Part shown: piece by piece, positions 30,965-42,194 of the stretch
How positions within the stretch are numbered: the first letter of the stretch is position 1
Layout: the number at the start of each line of letters is the position of its first letter
Assembly: GCF_000760515.2 (NCBI RefSeq)
Contig: NW_013546534.1
Span: 1-45,931, forward strand
DNA length: 45,931 bases
Direction of reading: 5' to 3'
Source of the DNA: Mitosporidium daphniae
Lineage: Eukaryota
Notes under the pieces: generated by a model
The model's database searches: none
The model's input: the letters and a program-made list of their open reading frames with translations, nothing else
What the model was told of the DNA's origin: nothing
Translations under genes and position numbers: made by a program

Positions 30965-32600
30965 ATGGAGGAGGATGAGCAATGGGAACTTGTCCAACAG
31001 ACTCATCAAGAAGATGAAATTCCAAATCAAGATGGCGACACATCTATTGGCGCGAAGAAAAGAGCAAAGGCGGGTCACTCAGCAACCCTTCTTGCTTTGA
31101 TTTTCAAAGCGGAGATTTTATGCACCGTGCATCTTTTAAGGAAGCTCTTTCATCAATGTGACATTGCCGAGGTAAAATAAAACTTTCATTGCAGGCAATG
31201 TTTATCTCGAAATTGCCGGCCGCTGCATCCGTCTCATCATCCTCGTCATCAAAGTCTAGAATTAAGGATCTTGTATCCCTTTCGGCTATTGAAGATGGCA
31301 ATGAAAACAACTGGGCATGTCGCCAATTGGAATGGCTCTGCCACCATCTTGGCATCCGATGCCGGATTGCCGCGGGCATTGGCTCGCTTGCCGGGAACCC
31401 CTCCAAGACATGCTGGGAGCGGCAGTTGTGGAATGAGATTTATGATCCAAAGGAGTGCCGCTGGATTTGTAAAGCGTGGCCGTCTAATTGTAGGCGTTAG
31501 ATCTTCACCAACTTCAAGCGGAAATAAGCCCATCATCGATGATCCAGCCGGCATCATCATGGATCTTGAAGACTGGATTCCAATGATTGTGGTTTCTGCG
31601 GAGAGAAGTTCCGGAAGCCCAAATGCGAGCGGAAAAAAGACAATCCTAACGCAAGACATCACATTAAGGCATTTGCAACTCTTTTTATTTCCTGCAGGTA
31701 CTCAATACCTATGGACCAGCGAATCACGCTCACGTTGGCTTCTCGTCGCGCATCTGCCATCAAGGCAATACAGGGCTTTCTTTCCCAAAGAATGGGGCCC
31801 GGGGAGCCTGAAGAGCGTCAGTCGTGGATCCACGATGCCCTGGGGTCTTTTTCGGCCACCAAAAGGCCTTTGAAGGCCTTTCAGCACATCTTTGCAGCAA
31901 AATCGTCACTCGGAAAATACGAGCTTCTTGCCCTCAATGCTGAACCCGTCCAAAACGAAGACATTTATCTTCGAGCCGATGTTTTCAGAGTAAGCGAACT
32001 TTACCAAGCAAATAGGGCCGATCCAAAGAGGCTTGGCACCAGCAGGGCATGGAGATCATTGGCGAAGGCAGCGGCAAGAATGGCATATACGGGCCTTGGG
32101 ATGTCACAAGAATCTCAGCGCCATCGATTACAGAAGAGGTAGGCCGTCTGCTAACTACATACATGTCGCCAACTTTGATCCGCTCAATTGGTATTAACTA
32201 GCAGGGCAAAATTCCGAGAAACGCACACGGGAACATTTATCTTTTTACGCCGTGGATGATTCCCCACGGGTGCGTGCATTTGAAGGCACTGCCGATTGCT
32301 GCTGGAACGGCCATTCGAAGAGCCGGCATTGAGGTCGCAGATGCTGTGGTATGGAAAGAGTCTTTTTCGTAGGTTGGCTTTGTTTTCAAAGGCGGAAATT
32401 CCATACGAGCTGCAATCAAAGGAGTGGTGATCTTCAAAAAGGATTTGATAGCCGTTTTTCACGTCCTACGAGACAATCTAGCCAGACAACGAATAGAAGA
32501 TGCCCTTGCGCATCGAAATCTACTGGCCGAGCGGTGGAGATGGATTCTACGCAAAACGATCACCCTTCTCTCTTTTGAGAAGAGGACCCATCCCACGTAA
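30965..32600 (+). CDS. RAD4: Rad4/XPC nucleotide-excision-repair protein, ~480 aa; introns 31172-31194, 31469-31493, 31669-31697 (GC-AG), 31990-32015, 32139-32204, 32349-32372
   Basis: Spliced product has transglutaminase-like LWNEIY...RWI and DITLRY, BHD1/2 IYLRADVFRGRSKEAWHQQG...IYGPWDV, and BHD3 GKIPRNAHGNIYLFTPWMIPHGCVHL...ADAVVGFVF...IKGVVI. Exon total 1443 nt is a multiple of 3. Confidence 0.9.
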
Positions 32601-32733
32601 ATTGGCTGCACAATACCGGGTCGGCACTGGTGATGCATGCCACGTGTGGGCTAATAATAAATTAACGGGCGGCTGCCACAATTTGGAAAATAAACTTTAA
32701 CGCACCTGACTTTTAACAGCATTGTTTCGACAA

Positions 32734-34439
32734 ATGTCCAACCCTACGGACAAGCATGACTGCAGCAATGCAGCGCTGATGTGCATTGATTGCTTTACAC
32801 CACTCAGAGGCCAAGTTACGGATCTTCTTATTAGCTCGCTTTTGCAGCTCGCAAAATGCATCGTACATGCACGCATTGACAAAAGCAGACAGACGAATGC
32901 GGCCGCCATCTCCCTTCGCTACCAAAGCTTGTGGCCCATTTACACAGGTTTGTTTGAGATAACTTTTCGTAGCGTTGGAACGTGGCAGTGGAAAAGAACC
33001 CGGCTGCTCCTCGTGCTCGCACATCTCAAAGTCGCTGCTGGTCTTCCTTGAGCTTTTATGGCTTGCAGAATGCCCACATTGCAAAAAGGAACGCGCTTTG
33101 TGGAGCGCGTGCACTATTCCCCAGACACCTGATGGCGATTCTGCCATCAAGCTCGCAGCGCCTCTTGCGTGCTNCGGTGCTAGAAGAGCCATAACCTACC
33201 CCACTGCGTTCTCGATTTTTCTTGGGCTTTTTGCAGATGAGCGAGATCTTTCCTCCTCGGTGCGTGTACCATATTCTTTGCTTGTGCTTGAATTTGCCAT
33301 GCAGTTGGTTTTGCTACAATTGGATGTGGGTCCATCCGCACTTTCCGTGGCCCTCGATCAGCATTTAAAGACCTCGCTGCTCCAAGATCACCAATTCTTG
33401 TGGAGATCAGTGGATGAATGGTCCACCTTTGAGAAGAGCGTTTCTCGTCGGCAAAAGGAGGTGTTTTCGCCTTTCTTATTCGTAGATGCACCATATCGTT
33501 AAACAACTTGGCTCCGCCGATCGGTCTGCTCACGCAGCAATCATTTCATCCCTCAGAAGTAAATATTCTGTCGATGACTTTGAAAAATCTCTGGCACTGT
33601 TTTGTGTATCTCTCATTGGTGGGGTTGAACATCCGCCAAAAGAAGCAATACGTGAGATTGAAAAGTACGTTGAGGTCCACAAATCAACACTCAATGAGCT
33701 CAAAGATTCCGGTGCCGATTCCGTTTTACATGCCCCACTGCACGACTCGTCGTGTGTTCCTTTGAACTGGCTGCACGAGCAGGCTGGAGGAGTCGAATGT
33801 TTCAATAGTATCATCTCCGGGGAACATGCAGAAATTGTGAGCTTTTTTGATTCCTACGCCAATAACTCGGACATTCTTTACTTGAATACCCAAACTCAAG
33901 ACCTCGCCACAGACATCTCCAAGCAAACCGTGCTTTGCACGGACTTGCCAAACTATTCAGAGGACGTTAGACCGCAAAAATCCCTATTAGAGCGCAACGA
34001 AACCGCGGTCAAATGTTCTTGGAATGACGACGAGGAAGGGGGAACCCCATCAGGAGCCGGCGAAATAAACATTCCTCAGACCGAAGAAATCAAAATTGGC
34101 GGGGAAGAGGACGTTCCGCTTGTGGCTGCTCATCTGGAGGAGCATGCTGGGCCAAGCACACGATCAAGTGCCGAATTAAACCTTCAGCTGGCATCAGCCT
34201 CCGTTAAATCTCCGTCAAAAAGAACCGTTGAGCCTGTATTTAGTTCCAGAAAGAGGCGCTTTTTTTCGGAGCAAGAGATATCCTCCCTTGTGGAAGGCTA
34301 TAAGCGATTTGGCCCCAGATGGACCCTCATCTTGGACTCTTATCCGTTCAGCGGGAGGTCTCCCGTTGATCTCAAAGACAAAATTAGAAACCTGAAAAAG
34401 TCTGGACTGTTGACTGTCATTGAGAAGGAGATCAGTTGA
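32734..34439 (+). CDS. Telomere-repeat-binding telobox Myb protein (TRF/Tbf1/Taz1-like), ~551 aa; introns 32948-32972 and 33461-33485
   Basis: C-terminal RRFFSEQEISSLVEGYKRFGPRWTLILDSYPFSGRSPVDLKDKIRNL carries the telobox VDLKDKxRN signature. The helical N-terminal half ending LRSKYSVDDFEKSL is reminiscent of a TRFH domain. One ambiguous base (n) at 33174. Confidence 0.8.
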
Positions 34440-34554
34440 GGTCCGAACCTATCAACAATAAAACCTTCGAAATTCGGTCAAAACAGCGAGAGGGAAGCGG
34501 AGCGGAGCGGGAGGCATGCACTTATTTGTGGCCGGTAATAAATTTTTTAAAAAC

Positions 34555-35173
34555 ATGTTCGACTGGAGTCTGGTTGTCCCTGGATATGCTGCTGCACCGT
34601 CCCAAGGGGACCGGTCTAGCTCATCAATTGACGATGACAGATTATTAGAGGATTCTTCACTACTAAGCAGAATAGACCAAAAGCTTGGATCCATTTTTAC
34701 ACCTGCAACCATTGAGGCTGTTCAAGAGTCGTGTCCTTTTGTTGCGGCTAGAAATGGAATCATCGGATTTGGCTTTGGCGGAATATTGGGTCTATTCATG
34801 TCGGGCATGGGCTCTCCCCCGCTCGACGCCACAGGTGCAACAGCACCGGTGACCGTTCGATCTGTGCTACAAGAAATGTCCTCCAAAACATGGTCGTCTG
34901 CAAAGAATTTGGGCAAAGTAGCTGTTATTTTTTCGACGACCGAATGCATCATTGAAGGAGTATTTGATACCATCACTAAGCTTGAGTAGTACAGAGCAAA
35001 GCACGACATTTACAACGTTGCTTACGCCGGGTGCATTTCGGGCGGTATTCTTGGGGCAAAAAGTACGGTTCACCAGCCTTTTTACCATAGGCGGTCCAAA
35101 GTCTGCCCTACTCGGCTGTGCCGGATTTGCCGCCTTTTCGGTTGCCATTGAGGCTTACATGAATAGGAGCTGA
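34555..35173 (+). CDS. TIM22: Mitochondrial inner-membrane translocase Tim22; introns 34960-34989 and 35063-35090
   Basis: ESCP...GFGFGGILGLF, SSAKNLGKVAVIFSTTECIIEG|YRAKHDIYN...GCISGG...GCAGFAAFSVAIEAYM. Confidence 0.95.
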
Positions 35174-35266
35174 CACGTGAATAGGAGCTGACACATAAAT
35201 AGGAGCTGACACATGAACACGGACCGGCACATCAACGCAAACCAACACATCGACAAGAGCTGAACC
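35159..35266. repeat. 18-bp tandem repeat (ATGAATAGGAGCTGACAC), 3 near-perfect plus 3 degenerate units; the first unit contains the TIM22 stop
   Basis: Units start at 35159, 35177, 35195, 35213, 35231 and 35249. Confidence 0.88.
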
Positions 35267-35434
35267 ACTCTTTATTTACATAAATTATCGCTTCAGATTG
35301 GGACATCCAAAGCAGGGGGCTTCACCCACCACCCAGCGTCATCCTTTTCTGGGCTATTTAAATTTTTTACACACTCAGAGCCAAAAGTTGATGCCTTTGG
35401 TAACGTGTCGCGCCGTCAAGATGTACACGGGTTA

Positions 35435-36007
35435 CTAACATTTATTTGCATAGAGCCTGGTCCATTCTTTGGCTAGCAAGGTAAAATCGCATCCGCAAAC
35501 ACTAACCTGTCCCAATGGCCGTCTCCTCGTTTGCCTTCCATGCAGCAGCGACGTCGTTGGCGAGCGGGTCGTCCGGATTTGGCGAGGCCAAAAGCGCCTG
35601 GATTGATAGCAAAACTGTTCTAATTTGCAAGGCAGGGCTCCATTTGTCTAAAAATAGACGCTGTAATTGGGGCGGTCGCGTACCTTTCAGAATGTCAAGA
35701 CAGATGCGGCCAAGCCGGTCGATGTTCGGGTGGTACACCCGGGTCAAAAACCGGACCTTGGGCGGCGACATTGGATACTCTTCGGGAAGATACATCTCCA
35801 ATGAAAACGCGCCATCTATTTGAGAAAGGGCAAAGGAACAACTTTCATATGGGCTTTGAAGGGGTCCATCGATGATCACGTCAAATTGCCGCACATTGTT
35901 TTCATGCGGAATAGCTGATATGCCGGGCACAGGGTCGGATTGCAGCCGCTCACACTCCTGCACAATGAAACGCAAACCCTGACCTTGAGAATTCGCTTCG
36001 ATAGCAT
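35435..36007 (-). CDS. UBC13: Ubiquitin-conjugating enzyme Ubc13/UBE2N; introns 35958-35983, 35816-35842, 35648-35683, 35473-35506
   Basis: [21 protein letters not shown]...[51 protein letters not shown]...|AKEWTRLYA. Confidence 0.96.
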
Positions 36008-36060
36008 TGGGCGATAAAATCAAATCTACAAAATTTTATTTCCATCACGAATATTAAATA

Positions 36061-36990
36061 TTAAGAGCCGTCCAAAAGTGTAGACATCGGGAAAACGCCA
36101 AGCTGCAGCAGCACGGAAATCGATTTCAACACAATGGTTTTTATGGCGCTGCGGATGACCTCCTCGGGCTGGAGCGAGCCGACGGTTTCGACTGAAAAAT
36201 AAAACCTTTCCGGCTCAAGGCGGTCGAGCGCAAGCGCATCTTCTGGCCTTGGATATTTTTTCTTTGGATCGGAATTTGGGCTTTTGGGCCTATACAAAAG
36301 CCAGTTTTGCATACCATTCGCTCTCGGCATCCTCTTCAATCCACAGGGTGGCATGCTTCAGCTGGTTGTCGGGGTCATATTCGAATCCGACCGCAGAAAC
36401 AGGCGACCATTTCGAATGCTCCTTTCCAACACCCTATCGGTAAGCCCGAATAAGCTTGCAACCTTTCTGGCAAAGGCGCGAAGGCTGATCTCTTGGCCCC
36501 GGGCAAGTGTGGCTATCGTGATTGGTCCGGAGGTCCGGTCTCCGAATCCCCCGATCGGAACGACGTCTGGGTTTTGGGAGATCAAATCGCGAGACGTGAC
36601 ATCCCGTCTGTCTGCATCTTCGGAACAGCGCACATTGAGCGTCAGTTCGACACAACACTCGACACAGCTCCCGGGACACTGGCAGTCGCGTGGAAACTTG
36701 AACTTTTCGTGTGTGTGCGAAGTGAGCGGGATCAGCCCCAACCTGTGGGCCAAGAACTCGTCATTCAAAACACTGGTGTTGGACTCATACAGCACCGTAT
36801 CGATTGCAATTGTCGGCACCTCCGCCAGAAGAACACGACGAAGCGCATTGGCAAAGCTGAAAATCACAACAAATCCACAATACCTGAGCGATGAATTGAC
36901 AAGCGAAAATTTGATCGTATCGTCCGTGAGCTCGGAAATCCTCACCGCTATGGAAGCGTTCGAAGAGGAGGAGGAGTGCGTAGCCTGCAT
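36061..36990 (-). CDS. RPB3: RNA polymerase II subunit RPB3; introns 36857-36883, 36434-36462, 36290-36314
   Basis: [38 protein letters not shown], CxC..C..C zinc site, [32 protein letters not shown]. Confidence 0.96.
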
Positions 36991-37105
36991 GGTGGGTGGT
37001 CTGTAATTCAAATTATCGGCTTGAATTTAAAATTAAAGGCAGGGCTAAAATTAAACTTACAACACCCCTGCAGCTGCTATTTGCAATTTTTTGTTTTTCG
37101 CTAAA

Positions 37106-37717
37106 ATGTCGTCCAAACTCGCTGATCTTGCCCGCACGAAAATCATGAAGCCCACGTCGGCAGTCGTGTCTCCCGTGGAGATGAAGCTTGCAGAGTGTTT
37201 TGTTGACCTCGAGTCGCACAATGCCGATCTCCGTGCAGAGCTTCGTTCGTTCCGCTTCTATTCGGTCAACGAGGTCGACTGCACCGCCACCTCTGGCCGT
37301 CGTGCGCTTGTTGTGTACGTGCCGGTGTCGCAGCTTGCTGCGTTCCGTCGCATTTCAAGCAAGGTTGTCACCGAGCTCGAGAAAAAGTTTTCCGACAAGC
37401 ACATCATGTTTGTTGGACGCAGAAAGATCGAGACCAAGGCCAAGCGCACGGCTCCTCTTGCAAAGCAGAACCGCCTTTATTCTCGAACGCTGACGTCTGT
37501 CCATGAAAAGATCCTCGACGATCTTGTCTCGCCCTTTGAGATTGTAGGCAAGCGCACCCGCTTCAACCGTGACGGCTCGCGCGTCATGAAAGTGCTGCTT
37601 GATCCAAAAGACCGACATGCAGTAGAGGCAAAGATTGAGACCATGGCCTCCGTCTATGGCCGCCTGACAGGAAAAGCCATCGTCTTTGAGTTCCCCACCA
37701 ACATGATCATTTCCTAA
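37106..37717 (+). CDS. RPS7: 40S ribosomal protein eS7
   Basis: ELEKKFSDKH, SRTLTSVHEKILDDLV.P.EIVGKR, VYGRLTGKAIVFEFP. Confidence 0.97.
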   Translation: MSSKLADLARTKIMKPTSAVVSPVEMKLAECFVDLESHNADLRAELRSFRFYSVNEVDCTATSGRRALVVYVPVSQLAAFRRISSKVVTELEKKFSDKHIMFVGRRKIETKAKRTAPLAKQNRLYSRTLTSVHEKILDDLVSPFEIVGKRTRFNRDGSRVMKVLLDPKDRHAVEAKIETMASVYGRLTGKAIVFEFPTNMIIS

Positions 37718-37787
37718 TTAAACAGAGCACAACTTGAGCCACGTTGACACATTTTAAATTTTCTTCAATTTTTCGTTAACTTTGACA

Positions 37788-40341
37788 ATGCAGTCGCAAA
37801 CCGGGCATGGTGCTGCAATTTCGTCGCTTGCGAGCGGCTCTTCCATTGCCGCCTTGGATGGCCGCCTCGCAGCCTCCCCAAACGCAAGGGTCCCATGTGT
37901 GGAGATAGCCTCAAGCTCCTCGTCCATGGATGAAATTACAATTCGAAAGAGCTCCTCGCCCATGAGATCCTCGTTTGCACCGAGGCCGCCAGCTGACCTC
38001 GCTGCATGTAAAGACTATAGTTCACACATACGGATTGCGGTGCTTGGAGACGGTACACCGCGGTTTTTATTGTAGCCGATGTCGGGAAATCTTCGCTCAT
38101 ATACTCGATGCTGGAAAACAGATACTACGAGGCAGAGGTGCAAAGTCGATCTCTTTACACTCCTAGGTGCCTGAAAGGTATCCCGAGATCGAAATTCCAT
38201 ACGATTCTCTTGCAGACAGCGTCTCTTTGACCATCATTGACACCTCTGGTACGCAATGGAGATTTATTCAAAGGGTTTTCTAGCGCCATGATCGAGAACG
38301 AAATCCGGAGGTCAAATGTGGCTATCCTTGTGCTTGATTGCCTGTCGCCTTCGTTGGAAGATTCCGTTTCGCGCGTGCGAGAATATTGGATGCCTCTTAT
38401 TGGCCGCACAAATGGGCAGGTTTGCTGATTCCCTTTATGTGCTGAGATCCCCGTTGTTATTGCCTCGAACAAGGCCGACGCGATAGCCCACTCCAAATCC
38501 GCACTGGATGAACGTCTGGTTTCTTTGATTGCAGATTTCCAGCCAACGATTGAGAGCATCGTGGAATCCTCTGCACGCACGCTGATGAATGTGACCGAGC
38601 TTTTCTCTTTTGCCGTACGAGCTGTTCTCTATCCCAGGCTTGCCTTGATGGATTACAAATCCGAGGTATGCTGATGCAGGCTTTCTTTAGAAGCTGCGGA
38701 CAGAGGCCGTCACCGCTTTCTGCCGCATCTTTCAAATCCTGGACCACAACAACGACGACTCTTTGGATGATAACGAGCTCTATCAATTCCAAGTACGCTG
38801 CCTGTGCAATGTCTTTCCTAGATGTGCTGTTTTGGCGTGCCGCTCCATTCCCAAGAAATTGAAGAGCTGAAGGCTACGCTTCGGTCTCAAGATGATCCTC
38901 GCGGACTTATCGATGCCTCTGGCGGCATTTCGCTTCAAGGTTGTCAAGCGCCCGTCGCTAACAAAGATAGGCTTCCTTGCCCTGCAGCGGGTATTCATCA
39001 TCCAGGGCCGTCTGGAAACCGTGTGGACAATTCTTCGCAAATACGGCTACTCCACCACACTGCCCGTGCTTAGGGAGGAATATCTGCATCCAAGGTGGGG
39101 CGTGCATTTCCCCTTTTGTTTTAGCCTTGGCGATATTCCAGAAGGCTCGTCCTGTGAGCTCACCCCGGCTGGGTATCATTTTATCTTGTCGCTGTTCAAT
39201 CGCCATTCACGCAACAATGACGGCTCCATCACCTGGAATGACTTGGAGTCTTTGTTTTCTCTCGTTCCAAATGGAAATCCGTGGATCGGCACTGGATTTC
39301 CTCACGGCACAAGCATAAATGAAAAGGGCGAACTGGCACTCCACGGATATTTGACGCAGTGGTCGTACGTGTGCGTTTTTATTTTAGAATGATGGCCATG
39401 TTGGACCCGCGGCATACAATGGAGGTTTTGGCCTATCTGGGCTGGTCGGAGGGCTCCGTCAGAGCCGCCATAAAAGTCACAAAGCCCAGGGAAAGGCCGT
39501 CGCGCAACCAGAGCAATCAATGGCAGTCACACCGAAGAGTGTACCGAATTGCTGTCGTTGGGCCTCGTGGCTGTGGAAAGGTGGAGTTGCTTACCGCTTT
39601 TTTATTTCCAGACATCGCTGCTGCGTAGATTTGTCGATCGACAGATTGTGGAGGGCGAGCTTTGTCCGGAAATCCAATTTGGCCTCGGTCCGTGGGCCAC
39701 GTTTGAAGCCGTGAACACGGTTGAGTATGGCCCAGAGGTGCGAAACTTTGTGCTCGAGGAAATGCCGTGGGAGGACACACAGCGCATTCTGATGGATCGC
39801 TCCTACTTGCAAAACTGCGATGCAATCATCGGTATTTACGATTCGTCCGATGCACTTTCCTTTGCGCAGCTGGCAAACCTATTTCGGGCATGCTCGCGAT
39901 CTGGAATCCCCATCAAGGGCCGTCTTTCGTCCTCTGCCTATTCATCCTCCATCACCATCGACGAAATCCCTGTGGTCATCATTGCCAATAAGAGCGATCT
40001 GGCATTTCAAAAACAGGTTTTTCGCAGCCCCTAATACTCTAGAAATATCCGGTGCAACCTGACGAATTTGCCCGCTCCAAAAAATGGATGCAGATCTTTT
40101 CCTTCAGCATGAAGATAGACGATGAAAAGCTGCAAGAATTTTGGCATCTCATGATGCGAGTCATTTTCGATCCGTAAGCGCGCGATCCGTTCATCGTTTA
40201 ACGCTTAGGAGCCTGTCAATGACCCACCACTACTCGCCTTCTCTTGGACGCTGGGTAGTTGGCGCCGGCAGTGTTTTCGTGGCGGCCACTGTTCTTTTTG
40301 TCGCATTCAGGGCATACTCAAAGTTCGGTAAAAAGCCGTAA
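37788..40341 (+). CDS. GEM1: Mitochondrial Rho GTPase Miro/Gem1; 12 micro-introns (38053-38075, 38138-38166, 38249-38273, 38420-38446, 38666-38690, 38793-38821, 38940-38970, 39095-39124, 39365-39387, 39581-39611, 40017-40042, 40174-40208)
   Basis: Spliced product: IRIAVLGD|ADVGKSSLI, IPVVIASNKAD, RAVLYP, EF-hand DHNNDDSLDDNELYQFQ, GRLETVWTILRKYGY, second GTPase VVGPRGCGK|TSLL, C-terminal TM plus basic tail. Confidence 0.95.
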
Positions 40342-40699
40342 ACGGCTAATAAACGACCAAATCACCTGTGATTGTGTCACCCCAGCCCATGTGCGGTTTT
40401 AAACTAATGCTCTCCAGTAAGCTCGCAAACATTTTCGCCCATACTTGAGCGGAGACCGATTTCAATGACTACATGAAACCTCCACGCAACATGGCACTTT
40501 ATCGTGTGGCTTTGGTGCGAATCATAGCCCTACAAAAACAAAAAATAAACCCCATCGGCGCAAAAGTCAACCCGGATATCATAAACCACAGCACGGGTAA
40601 AGACTCCACCCCAAGTATTTCATAGCGGGGTGTGCTTTTTTCAGCCAAATGTCACACCAATGCCAGCGCTGCTTTGCTGAAAAGTCGGGATAGGCATAG

Positions 40700-41775
40700 A
40701 GTAATCGACCTTGAAGTTCTCAATTTCAAATGACATGGTGATACTAGACCTTTGCCGCCACCGCATCAAGGCTAGCCAGATCCTTGATTTTTTCCAACAC
40801 ATCTGGTTCATTGATGAAACCCTTATAAGGGGGCAAATTTATTGCATCGTCAACAGCTATCAAATGTTGAGAAGAAAACAAAAAGGGGTTTCGGCGCTTG
40901 CAAATGGAGTTTCCGGGTTGGTGCATCTTTCACAAAGATATGCCTTTTGAATCCATCGGCGCTATATTTAGGATTTTTGCGATTGCAAAGCTCGGCGGCA
41001 AAGTAGAGTAAATCAAAAGCGAAAACAGATGTTAGAGAAAAAAGAATTTCCAAGGCATCGATCGAATTGAGACGACATAAAACACCAAGGAAAGGTTGGA
41101 TAAAGTTGGACATGCGAGCACCATACGGGGGTGTAAAAACTCGAGCTTTTGCTGTAAATCTGCCGGATCAGATTTACAACTAAGATGATGAGCGCTGAAA
41201 TTATATATGCGCTTTTTGAGGTCAGAATGGCGCGTTTCATATTGCTGGGTTGGAAGCCCCCAAGGGCTAGAGCTGGATCATTGGATTAAATGGTTATATT
41301 GAATTTGAGAAGCAGAATGCTGATGTATTATAACCAGACAGATGCTGAAAAGAAAAAAATCTTGGAATTGTGAACAAAATTGCTGGAGATAATATTGGGG
41401 ACGTAACCAAACAGTATGTTGGTGCTGGCTTTGCATGTTTACAAAATTTGAGAGCACGGCGCACATAAAAATGGATTGTCGCTGTTACAATTGGAAAAAC
41501 TTTCAATGAGACGCTTGTCTTTGAAAGAAACTGTTGCTCCAGACTGGACATTATTTCCCAAGAAAATATTGCTTTAATCACATATCAAAGAGGCTGAGGC
41601 CCTAAATTCGAATGCTCGAGTGAAGGTAAGGCTTCAATAGTATTTAATGCTTGAACAGTGGCGTCAAGTACGCTACAAAAATTGTGCAGAAAGTTGTTGA
41701 TTGGAACAGCGGCAATGATTGAAAAAAGAACACCGAAAGTGCAACAGTGCGGTTTTTAATTAAAAAATGCACATC
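40700..41775 (-). pseudogene. Possible degraded or highly divergent lineage-specific gene
   Basis: Several successive short minus-strand ORF fragments broken by stops and frame changes. I could not repair them with micro-introns. No homology recognised. Confidence 0.2.
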
Positions 41776-42194
41776 AACATAACATTAATTTTACCACCCT
41801 TTTCCATTGGTTGGATGCACTTTTTAAGAATAAAAAAAGAGCCATCACTGCATAGGACTTATGATGCGGCATTAAATACCGGTTGGGTCATTTTCGATCA
41901 TCATCTGGGAATCTCAGATGGGGTCCTGCGAGCCAAAAAATATGCCTAGCTTATGATATCGTATTGCACCTTGGGCATATTGCCAAGGCCCATTCTGATG
42001 GCTCAAGACATGGCCCTTCGATTCTATATCAAGGACGCCCTTTTAAAAGTATCACTTGACTATGTCTGGCTGTGATATATTTTTCCTGGCTGATTGGCTG
42101 CTGATAGCTTGCAGTAAACGGGGCAATTTAATTAGACACGCAATAAATCAGCATATTGATATTTAAGAATCCTCTTCGTCGTGCATGTCAGGAA

